DNA of 63,995 nucleotides, filler included, from Basidiobolus ranarum (taxonomy: Eukaryota): the NCBI GenBank assembly GCA_040143965.1. It is 3 parts of 3 records of this genome, joined end to end, with 100 filler letters (N's around TTAATTAATTAA, not from the genome) between each part and the next. Parts side by side here need not be neighbours in the genome. Positions count along the whole stretch, not along the records: positions 23,211 to 46,273 come from JASJQH010007050.1; positions 46,374 to 63,995 come from JASJQH010007174.1; 1 more part is not named here. One strand, 5' to 3'. Within the stretch, counting starts at the first letter, position 1. Each line of letters opens with the position of its first letter. The translations under genes were made by a program, and so were the position numbers. Under the pieces are notes generated by a model. That model was not told the origin of the DNA, ran no database searches, and saw only the letters and a program-made list of their open reading frames with translations. This document shows positions 37,771-47,524 of the stretch, in pieces.

Positions 37771-39237
37771 TCAAGAGATTATATCATGTAGAGTATAATC
37801 AGTGTTACTCTGGTAGCCGCCAATGGGTTGAAATTCTTGCTGTAGGTAACGCTTGAAGGTATGCTGGTACATCAACAGTTTCACTTCGGTTAGAGCCATG
37901 TCGAACATATCTATAGAGTAATCTCTATCCCGAATTCGAATCTCGATTTCACGTAGTGTTTCTCCTCTGAGATTCACTTGATATTCCGAATCGATAAGAA
38001 TAAAGGTGTTGTAAATGGTTGATAATTCGTTTTGAATCTCATTTGGCAATCCTTTCGTGAGGAAGTTCTTGACCAGTATAGAAGGAGTAGTCTTTAGTTG
38101 CATGTAGCGCTCGTAAAACAGTGTATTCTCCACACTGAAATCTTTGACCGAAAAAGCTTTAAATTTCTCGAACAACACGGGATGATCGAGAACTTCTTCG
38201 AAAGATGGATGTTTACGATCCCGGGGTAAATTCTTGGAGCGCTGATTGGTGACATAGATTTCAACGAGTGGTAGTCCACAATTTAACATATGAATATTCC
38301 ACAGAGTAATGAAGCCCCATACTCCTACTGGTACAGTAAATCGAACATCATAAACAGGAGGAATATATGCAAAAACGAGATAAATACACATCCCAACTCC
38401 TGTCGTTAATACAACGGCGACTAATTCCTTAACAATATTGTAAGCATCAGTTACACCACGAATGTACTGAATTACAATAGGACCCAGGATGAAAATCTCG
38501 CAAGAACCAACCACATAGACAGGGATATATTCCCAACCAGAGAGACAATCGTCTCTCAGCGAAGCCGAGAAACTATAATCCTGTGTCAGACATTGGATTA
38601 CAATCGTCATAATAACGTGAAAGAACGTTAAGCCACCAAGAATTCGGATCAAAAATCGATCTTCAAATATGTACGAATGTTGATTTAACCAAGATTTGCT
38701 TGCTTCAATATTGGAGTTTTGTCTTGTACTCGTCAAAGGATCGATGGTTAATAACACGTCAGAGGGTTCGAAAACATCCTCCTTTTGAGAAGAGATGGAG
38801 GATACTTTAAACTTTTCCTTTTGTTCTTCGAGACGTTGACGCTCTGCCTTCAATTTACTCAAGGAAGTTCGATACAAGAAAGAAACTCTTAGAAATTTTC
38901 CAACGGTTGCGAGCAATATTATAGGAGTTAAGATGGATCCACACCACAAAGTTACAAAGCATGGTAGAAACTGGGTCAGCGGGCCAAGAAGGTAGACAGT
39001 GGAGAGAAAAAAGCCGGCCACTACTCCAATAAATGTTATGTGGATACTTCTGGACTTAATACCCGGATGATTTCGATATTTCCAAAAATAGAAAGTGGTA
39101 CTCAGCACAGATAGTAGGTAAATCGCATAAGTAGTATACACAACTGAGGGAATCCCAGCTGCTGATCGCGTCGGCATGGCAAAAATTCGAAGAGAACCAT
39201 GAAAGATGCGAGAGTTATATACTTCCCTTCGCAGCAT
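37771..39237 (-). CDS. Seven-transmembrane receptor fused to a C-terminal RGS domain (GprK/AtRGS1-like)
   Basis: About seven hydrophobic segments with IKSRS, LPCFV.LW, C.SGWEYIP and DAYNI.KEL, then RGS motifs SFEEVL, FKAFSVKDFSVENTLFY, IYNTFI...YQVNL and MFDMA..EV..LMYQHTFKRY. The start may be the second Met (MPTRS). Confidence 0.9.
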   Translation of the reverse strand: MLRREVYNSRIFHGSLRIFAMPTRSAAGIPSVVYTTYAIYLLSVLSTTFYFWKYRNHPGIKSRSIHITFIGVVAGFFLSTVYLLGPLTQFLPCFVTLWCGSILTPIILLATVGKFLRVSFLYRTSLSKLKAERQRLEEQKEKFKVSSISSQKEDVFEPSDVLLTIDPLTSTRQNSNIEASKSWLNQHSYIFEDRFLIRILGGLTFFHVIMTIVIQCLTQDYSFSASLRDDCLSGWEYIPVYVVGSCEIFILGPIVIQYIRGVTDAYNIVKELVAVVLTTGVGMCIYLVFAYIPPVYDVRFTVPVGVWGFITLWNIHMLNCGLPLVEIYVTNQRSKNLPRDRKHPSFEEVLDHPVLFEKFKAFSVKDFSVENTLFYERYMQLKTTPSILVKNFLTKGLPNEIQNELSTIYNTFILIDSEYQVNLRGETLREIEIRIRDRDYSIDMFDMALTEVKLLMYQHTFKRYLQQEFQPIGGYQSNTDYTLHDIIS

Positions 39238-40222
39238 CTCCAGAGTCGATTATGAATGGAGCAACAATAATGAGGCAACATCTCTCCTATAGCGGATTTC
39301 TTAAAGTGTCTAAAGTTTGAGGGCGAGTTTACAATTTGCATTTAATCGAACGAGAATTAAAACCTCAGCAGTAAATGTTACTAAACAGAGTAATGCTCAA
39401 CTCGGATTGATATTGTATGGGAACTGGTATTTAGTGCAACATCTTCTACCAAATACCTTAGCTCTATGCTCCTACACAACACAATCCAACTTTCACTTTT
39501 GATTTGTTCACTTCAGACATTCTTTCCTCATAGCTCGGGTAAGTGTTCATTTTAGCTTCAAAAAGGAAATGATTCAGGAGCTGGATTGGTGATTAATGCT
39601 TGAATTCACATACATGTTGCAGCGAATTTATTCGTATATGGGTGGGCAGGCTGAGACACAGCTAATACAACTAGCCTCCATAGACTATTGTCCCGTATTG
39701 TGACCACCATGAAATGAATTCTTACCAACGCCATAGAGGCCTGTCCACTATGGTATCTCAGATGGGATACATTATATTCGCTCTGAACTTCAATTATCAA
39801 GCTTGCATTAGTTAGTGGGGTATTTACATAGTTGCAATTGTAGAGGTATGGCCGTTGTCTGTTCACCAACACACTAGCGTAGCCTATACGAAGTTCAAGT
39901 AATACGTGTATTTACTGCATCACTTTGCAATGACTTCGGTTACCGCCTTAGTGTGTTTTCTGGTGAAAACTTGGTTATTTTAAAATTAATTGAACGTGAG
40001 GTTTCAGCCCGTTATAGCTTATATGAAGAACTCCATGAAACTGCCCCTTGTCAGACACTCTAGTAAAAACAATAGAATTTTCAGAAAAAAGTTACTTAAG
40101 TTTCATGCTAAATGTTTATTATAATGGGTTAAATACTGATTCCTCGCAACGTCTATTTCAAACGAAAAAATGCTTCGCTTTCATGCGTTATCATAGACAA
40201 TCAATTTCAGCCATTATATGTA

Positions 40223-40960
40223 TCAAGAAAAGTAGGACTCAACAGAATCGAGAGCAGCATCAAGGAAGTCGTCTTGTTTCTCAGGCTTCTTGTCGTCCGA
40301 CTGGCTCTTATTCTCTTTCTTGTTCGCATTCTTATCGCTGTACGTATCCTTATTCTTGTCCTTACCCTTAGGCTTGTCCATACTCTTATAATTGTCTTTA
40401 CCCTTAGACTTGTCCTTACTCTTATAATTGTCCTTACCCTTAGACTTGTCTTTACTCTTAGACTTATCGTTACTCTTAGACTTATCCTTACTCTTAGACT
40501 TGTCGTTATCTTTATATCTGTCGCTACCCTTTTCACTCCTGTATTTTCTTTCCTCTCTTCTTGGCTCACTAATTTTCAGGAGAAGATTTTTGAGATATTT
40601 GACGTGTTTTTTTCTAGCCTGAGTCTTGCTTTCGTGTACAGATTTTTCGAGCTGAAGTAATATTAATTTTGACAGAGTCTCCGCCTTCAAGTCAGCTATT
40701 CTATCAGATAACGTATTTTCATAATCTCGGGAACCCAAAAGCGTAGTTGAAAATGGGTCAAAGGGTAAAGGACGGTCATAATCTCGCCAGTCGAAGTTTC
40801 TACTCAAACGGTTGAAGTAAGAACGATCCGCGTTTCCACTACGATAACGGGTGAGTAATTGAATGATCGCATCAGACCTTGAATTCAAAGAAGGTATGGC
40901 GGAAGCTCCACCATATAATCCCAGCGCCAGACCCGAAGTCAATACAATTGATAACCTCAT
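40223..40960 (-). CDS. Secreted hypothetical protein with a Lys/Ser/Asp hexapeptide repeat
   Basis: ATG at 40960 gives signal peptide MRLSIVLTSGLALGLYGGASA, then an Arg/Asp/aromatic region, a helical segment and (KDKSKS/KDKSKG/KDNYKS)n. Confidence 0.8.
   Translation of the reverse strand: MRLSIVLTSGLALGLYGGASAIPSLNSRSDAIIQLLTRYRSGNADRSYFNRLSRNFDWRDYDRPLPFDPFSTTLLGSRDYENTLSDRIADLKAETLSKLILLQLEKSVHESKTQARKKHVKYLKNLLLKISEPRREERKYRSEKGSDRYKDNDKSKSKDKSKSNDKSKSKDKSKGKDNYKSKDKSKGKDNYKSMDKPKGKDKNKDTYSDKNANKKENKSQSDDKKPEKQDDFLDAALDSVESYFS
40356..40517. repeat. Coding minisatellite, 9 x 18 nt with partial 36-nt higher-order period
   Basis: Units ttgtccttacccttaggc, ttgtccatactcttataa, ttgtctttacccttagac, ttgtccttactcttataa, ttgtccttacccttagac, ttgtctttactcttagac, ttatcgttactcttagac, ttatccttactcttagac, ttgtcgttatctttatat. 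Confidence 0.95.
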
Positions 40961-43900
40961 TGCTTCGCTGTAGTAAAAGGAATGAATTGATCCAGACAAA
41001 TCCACACTCGTTAACAAGTCCAGATTGATCTATTTAATACAATCGAGAAACGTGCAGTCGAAACGAGTGTTCGATCTCCTTTACTTCACATAACCATGGA
41101 ATTGAAAACAAATAACGTACTTTGATGTGAGCAAGGGAGCCATGCATAGTTGTTAGAGAAGTATTTGACTCTAGTTTCACCAGTAAAATCTGGCAAGTTG
41201 CATGGTGACTCCAAACAATACTAATATACCAATCGGCGTAATTTGAGCCACTCTATTTTAGATATATATCCAGTGATGGTACCGGCAGCAGCTTACATAA
41301 ACTTGAGTTAGGTTGTAGGTAGTTGTTACAGAGGATGGAATGATGAAAAGCGTAATTCTGTTATACATATGGACTGGATAAGCAGCGTTATAACAAAGTT
41401 TCCAACTGGCTCAAACACTGTGTATGATCTAGAAAGAGATCATTCGATTCGACTTGCTCTATAATCGGAGTTCACAGTTAATGCCGAAGAATTGTGATTT
41501 TTTGATCATCGAACACATCTGCGGCAAAGGTACACTGATATTTCATGATAGTTACTTCAATCTTGTAAGCCTAGATTAGACTGCACTATGATGAGAAGCA
41601 TCACAACATTCAAATAATCATGATCACACTGAGTCATCCAACAGAACGCTTTGGTTAATCCTGACTAACCCACCTAGTCCTCAATTGACTCCTCTCATGT
41701 ATCCAACTCTATCGGTTCAGTATCGGGCATCTGACTGATATACGCCGTTTGCTATTCTAAGGTAAATCAAATTCAATAGTATCTCAGCAATACCGCCCTA
41801 GAAGAACAAGATTGTTGTTACTCAAAGCAGTGAGACTGCTATTCCCGTTGAGAATTCTATAAGCTTTACTAGATAGAGCCATTGTTGTACGTTTATCACT
41901 GATGGAAATTTCCCAAGTCTCACTTTGGAAATTGATATGCCTGTTGAGCTGCCTATTGGTGGCAAATATAAAGTTGAACGAGTATGCTTGGCAAACATAA
42001 ATATCTATCTAATCACATATCTCATTAGTCAATCTGGTATAGAGGTACAATGATTCATTTGAAACTCCGACTTTTACAAAAAATATGGGTTAGAAATCCA
42101 AGACATGCTCATACAAACGCATATCTATTGTGGGTATTCAGTACATGCTGTAAATGTACTACACTTGTGTGTTGTTTAGCAGAGCTCCTTAATGCGTAAG
42201 GAATCTTATAAATCCCCAGGATTCATTTATATGCAATTTCGATATCACTAGTCAACAGTTTGTAGTAATTCGAAGGGACTTCTAATATCACCTGAACCAT
42301 TTCGAGTTAAAATAGAACCCCAAGAATTCATCACGCAAATATGTATCGTTGAAACTTGACTCTCAATTTCGAACAAAACGTATGAGTTGCATGAAACACC
42401 TCTTGTCCCAGAAGGTGGGTGGATTCCTCAGAACGCATAGTAAGTGAGAAATGTAATCTACGCTGACTTTAAAGAAGGATTTACTAGTTTCTCTGCGAAT
42501 CTCGTTTTGATCCAAGCCGTATAATATGAAATACCTTGGATCAGTATAAATATATAACCCACCTGACAAGATTTCAGGAATATGGTCCATTTAAAGCAAG
42601 TGCATGATTGATTGCATTGATTCAGTTCGAATCCTCTCACACCTCCTCAGGTGATGATAAATCTCATAACTAATTTGACGTAGGGGCAGTTGATGCTTCC
42701 AATCAAAGCCAAATCGAAACTAGTCCCCATATCCACCTACCCCTAACACTTGGGCTAGTTGACTGCCTATATTAATATAAAACCATTGCTTCACAATACT
42801 CCATGCTTCTTGTAGGCTTGATGTACAAGTGGAACAAGCATTGTGTTCACTCTGCAGTGGAAATCCCAGAATATTGTCTAATCAATCGTATATCATCAAG
42901 ACCACGCTTCTGTGCAGTAAAGGATAAGTGATGTGTGGTTTCGGTAGCTCATCTATGTCAAATTAAGGATCAAACTAATCCCACTTTATAGTCCCCCATG
43001 GCCACCAACTGATTGCATGATAATCTAAGCATGATACTCAAATATGCAGACTGAAATTGGGAAGTATCCGTTTAAATCCGTAGTTAGCCTTATTTTAGAT
43101 TAAAACACTGTAGTTAGCCTCTTCTAGCTCACTAGGACCATCGCTTTCATTGGATTAAATCCATCGAGACGATGATCAACAGTATCAGTAGTTATCGGGC
43201 ACTTTGCTTTAGAAAATGCACTAAAGAGGGCTTCTAGATCGATTAGAGAGCTGAGAAAAATAGTAACGTCTTTAACATCGAGTGTCGAAGGATCTAGGCT
43301 CTTGTCAGAAACCTCAATATCTATGCACTGCCATCGATAGATGTACCAACAAGTCACATCTTGAAAGCGATTCCATTGCCCCATATAACCATAGGTTTTG
43401 ATCATTGATATGGCACAAATTAATTTTCCATCTACTGATTTCTTTATCAGGTCTCAGCAATCTGGGTGAGAAGATCATGAGAGATAGCTGAAGTTTTAGA
43501 ACTCCAAGGTGTCAAGAGAAACTAATAAATCCAACCAAGCAGCTTCAAATTAATATATACATTTCGGGGTCTAAATCCACTCCCAACCTTTGTTTTTCAT
43601 TCACCATTGCAAACATTTACCGAGCCATCGCATTAGTGCCTCCTATTACGCAATCTTACCCTGGCACTTCCCAACATCTGTACCTTGATGACTATGTAAA
43701 CACATCTCCAGTGGGCAACCTGGTCAGCAATGTTACGTGGATTGTCTGATTTTGACATTCCGCACTGAGGATTACAAGCTTTGCGATATTAATCAGCCAA
43801 CAATCATCGGCTTATCCAGAAGCGGTCACAAATGAAAGATCGACAAAAGCTTCCTCAACCTAGTGACGACATGGAAACCGCCTATAGACGAGGGCAGTAT

Positions 43901-44807
43901 AGACTCAATTTATATGATACATGCTCGTCACCAATAACTGCGTACTATCCCTTAATAAGGTTCACATCTTATATACAGGATGAAACTCGTCGGCTGCATA
44001 TATCAATTTCTAATCGGGGATCACTATTGCTGTGGCAGAGCAGAGGCATACATGATTGAAACGAACAGCCTCTGTCGGTCATACGAGCTGCTATTGATGC
44101 CACTTTATGCTTTCAGCCTTGTGAAGTATTGTCTGGCAAGGTTCGGCTCAGTATCAGGTTTCGCCACTTATCAAAGCCATCTACATGTCTCCCGCCCTCA
44201 CGGCAATTCAATACCATCATATTTCCCTAAATGGGTTTTGAATGTCAAATAAATTCTGGATAAATGGAATGTATACACCATCTCATTCTATAGCTTAGCT
44301 TCGGAATCCATCATGGGGTGATGTGTTACGACACTATCGATAGCTGATGGTATGCAACTTGCAATCACCCTAATCTGATTAATTGCAACATACGCGTCAA
44401 GCGAGTGAACGACGTGATGTTACAAGATATCGATGAAATAATGTTCACAGGAAGTATTGATTTCAGGAGTTGCTGGTAGATCTTCACTGATAGCTTCACT
44501 TCTTTGTGCAGAATCACTTGGATTTGCCCTCAAATGCAGAAAAACAATGAGCCATTTCTCTAGGAGGTAGGATCAGTGGGGTGAATTTTCCTTTTTGGTA
44601 TTCATCCCCTTATATTGAATCCATATATTTTCCAGTAACAAAGGAATGGATCCAGAATCGCTGCACAAATGATCATCAGTGAATTTATAAAGATTGCCCA
44701 GTGTAACTGAAATTCATATATTTATCTTCTCTGAGGAACCTAGTCTCGAACTTCACAGCTCTACGTTGAGCATGATATAAAGACTATCATCTACCTAAAA
44801 CACTCTA

Positions 44808-45596
44808 ATGCTTAACGGAATCTACTATTTCTTCTCAAACGCCTGGAACGGCTTCAAATCCCTGTATGTTCCGCCGGCCACATCCCCACTGACCGAGGCA
44901 CGTAATGAGATTGATCAAGTCAAGAAAGAAATACAACAGTTAAAAGCGGAAAATAACCGACTCAAAAATGTCGAACACGATTACCAAAAGAGCATTCGCG
45001 AACAGGCCCAAGAAATTAACGCTCTCAAAGCTTCCATCGCCTCTTATAAGCGCCTTCTTGAAGAAAAGGAATCTTTGTTAGCTGCTGACAAACGTCGTCT
45101 AGAAGAAAGTGAGGCTTCGGTAGCCTCTTACAAACGCCAGTTAGAGGAGAGTAAACCATTCCTCGATGTTATTGAAAAAAATCTAACTAACTTGAAAGAC
45201 GATAATGGTTTGGACTACGCTCGTACGCTTGACTATATAATTCTTTCAGCTCTTCGTAATATGAAAGTCTTGACCTTCAAGTTGGAAAATGTATCCTTGG
45301 AAGCTGGCGATAGAATCTTTGTGTGTGGAGGTCACGTATTGTTGGGTGACTGGGTACCTACATCTAGCTTAGAACTCACTGCCATGGGCTCCAACTACGA
45401 GGCTTCAGTCGGTATTAACGAAGTTACACAGAAGGAGCTGAACCGTCTTCAGTACAAGTATGCACTGCTTCGTGGGGATGCTTGGTATTGGGAGAGCGGT
45501 AAGGATCGATTTAGAGAAAACCCTACATCTGCCGATGTCGTTGATGGTGAACCAAGAGTGTGGGAGACAACTCCCTGCATGACCAACTCCAAATAA
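44808..45596 (+). CDS. Coiled-coil protein with a C-terminal CBM20 (starch/glycogen-binding)-like domain, single exon
   Basis: Heptad region at residues ~28-130. C-terminal LTFKLE...GDRIFVCG...LGDW.P...L...QYKY...WESGKDR matches the CBM20 pattern. TATA-like TATAAA at ~44776. Confidence 0.8.
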   Translation: MLNGIYYFFSNAWNGFKSLYVPPATSPLTEARNEIDQVKKEIQQLKAENNRLKNVEHDYQKSIREQAQEINALKASIASYKRLLEEKESLLAADKRRLEESEASVASYKRQLEESKPFLDVIEKNLTNLKDDNGLDYARTLDYIILSALRNMKVLTFKLENVSLEAGDRIFVCGGHVLLGDWVPTSSLELTAMGSNYEASVGINEVTQKELNRLQYKYALLRGDAWYWESGKDRFRENPTSADVVDGEPRVWETTPCMTNSK

Positions 45597-46273
45597 GCAT
45601 TTGGTCTATTTACCTCAAACATCTTAATATTACACCTTAGTCAATATCTTTATTGATTCCTAAAGTCGGAGTGTATTCGTACGAGATTCTCTAAACGCTT
45701 GAATTTTAATATGTACCCCACCTTATCTTCAAATGTACTATCCTTGAAATCTAAAGTAAATGTAAACATCTTATTCAAATAAAATAACGCCATTTGGTAA
45801 ATTGTACGAAACTTTGACCGCCAGTAGAATTGATTCGATTCTTTGACGTAAGCTCATGTGATCTATAAATTGGGCCAGGGTTAGATCAGTATTGATCAGC
45901 ATAGTGGAGAGAGAGCGAACAAATAGTTAGAATCAGAGCAAAAGATTCCAGGAGATGGATGACGAGTTTGATATGTCAAAGACGAGTACTACTGTGTATT
46001 GGATTCAAAGCCATTGTGTATTGCACACGTGACGCTTGTTATCTTTAAATCTAAGACGGAGTAGGGCTCATGTTGGATCCACCAGGATATTACAGCTCAC
46101 TGACGCAATGGCGACCCTTTTTCCTGACCCAGAGTTCATTACCCCATGTGCCACCACCTGATGTCACGCTGTCGAGATCCAGTAATGTTATTAGGTTGGA
46201 AGCTACACTACTAAAACATCACACCAAGGTTTGCTGAATCACCTAGCATAGCCAATACAGTGACAATGATCGC

Positions 46274-46373
46274 NNNNNNNNNNNNNNNNNNNNNNNNNNN
46301 NNNNNNNNNNNNNNNNNTTAATTAATTAANNNNNNNNNNNNNNNNNNNNNNNNNNNNNNNNNNNNNNNNNNNN
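46274..46373. other. Artificial 100-nt contig spacer with six-frame stop linker
   Basis: 44 N, then TTAATTAATTAA (46318-46329), then 44 N. Confidence 0.97.
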
Positions 46374-46375
46374 GT

Positions 46376-47524
46376 TGCCCAGCTAATTATAATATTGCAG
46401 ACTATCTACTTGACATTGCACTCAAGCCTGAACTTCTCCAGATAGCCGTAAATTATAACCAAGAGCACGGCAGCTTCCTTGTCGGAAATGGATCGGACGA
46501 TCTGAAAGAATCCTCCGCACTACACGAATTATGTGACGCTGATATTCAACCACCCACCGCCTTCTTGACTCAATTCACTTTATTGAGCAAACGTAACTTC
46601 TTAATCTTGATTCGTAACCAGAGCCTAATGTTTACCCACTTTGCTGCTGCTATTATTCTCGGGATCATTGTTGGAGGCTTATATTGGCAGATATCTGATG
46701 ATTTAGGTGGATTCCAAAGTCGCCTGGGTGCTATCTTCTTCATCATGGCAGTACTTGCATTCACAGCGTTGGGTGCCTTAGGAACTTTCTTAGAGGATCG
46801 GTTATTATTCATTCGGGAGCGTTCAAATGGTTACTACAAACCAATCCCCTACATTACCTCGAAACTCCTCTTTGACTTGGTTCCTTTGCGTGTGGTACCA
46901 GCCATTTTAATCGGCTGTATTACATATTGGATGGTGGGCCTAACCCCAAACGGTTCCACTTTTGCCAGATTCTTGCTTACTTTGGTATTATTCAATGGCG
47001 CAGCTGGACTTTTCTGTATAGCGGTGGCTGCTTGTGTGCGTGGTACTGGAGTTTCGTCGCTGCTAGCATCTCTTGTTATGTTGTTTTTCATGTTGTTCGG
47101 TGGTCTTTTAATTAATCAAAGTGAGTTAGAGCTCTGCATAGTATTTAAAATCCATAACCATTCTTACGTTTGAAACCACTTCTTAGATGAGATTCCGCCT
47201 GCTCTCTCCTGGTTACAATATATATCGATGTTCCGCTACGGTTTCCAGGCACTCTCAGTTAATGAGATCGTCGGACTAAGAATTATTGGAAGTATGGGTG
47301 GAATGGATGTTAATGTAAGTGAAAAATAATGAATACTTTGTTTGATTCTGCACCTAATAACCAAGAAACAACTTTAGATTCCGGCGTCAATGGTCTTGAC
47401 CGAAATGTTCGGCTTTTCAGCCGATGGAATTTATAAGAATATCATCATTTTAGCATGGTACTGGGTTATTCTAATCGCGATCATTATGTTACTTGTACAA
47501 TACACAGTGAAAGAACGTCGTTAG
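46376..47524 (+). CDS. ABCG (White/ADP1-like) half transporter, 3' part only (5' end lost at the contig edge)
   Basis: CPANYNIADYLLD, then the ABC2 membrane domain (QFTLLSKRNF, GFQSRLGAIFF, FIRERSNGYY, FMLFGGLLIN, LSWLQYISMFRYGFQALSVNE). Exons end 47120, 47187-47314 and 47378-47524, ending VKERR*. Confidence 0.9.

Noticed and set aside
37771..37773. TGA of the 7TM-RGS gene as selenocysteine
   Set aside because: No redox motif context, no SECIS recognised, and the RGS domain is already complete.
40356..40517. Regular repeat as a possible CRISPR array
   Set aside because: Contiguous tandem units with no unique spacers, inside a CDS, in a eukaryotic context with no cas genes.
40207..40660. Overlapping ORFs with LRLVLT, SLRV(K/R)T or LLLDLS repeats
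   Set aside because: These are shadow frames of the 18-nt minisatellite; only the frame with the signal peptide has a coherent architecture.
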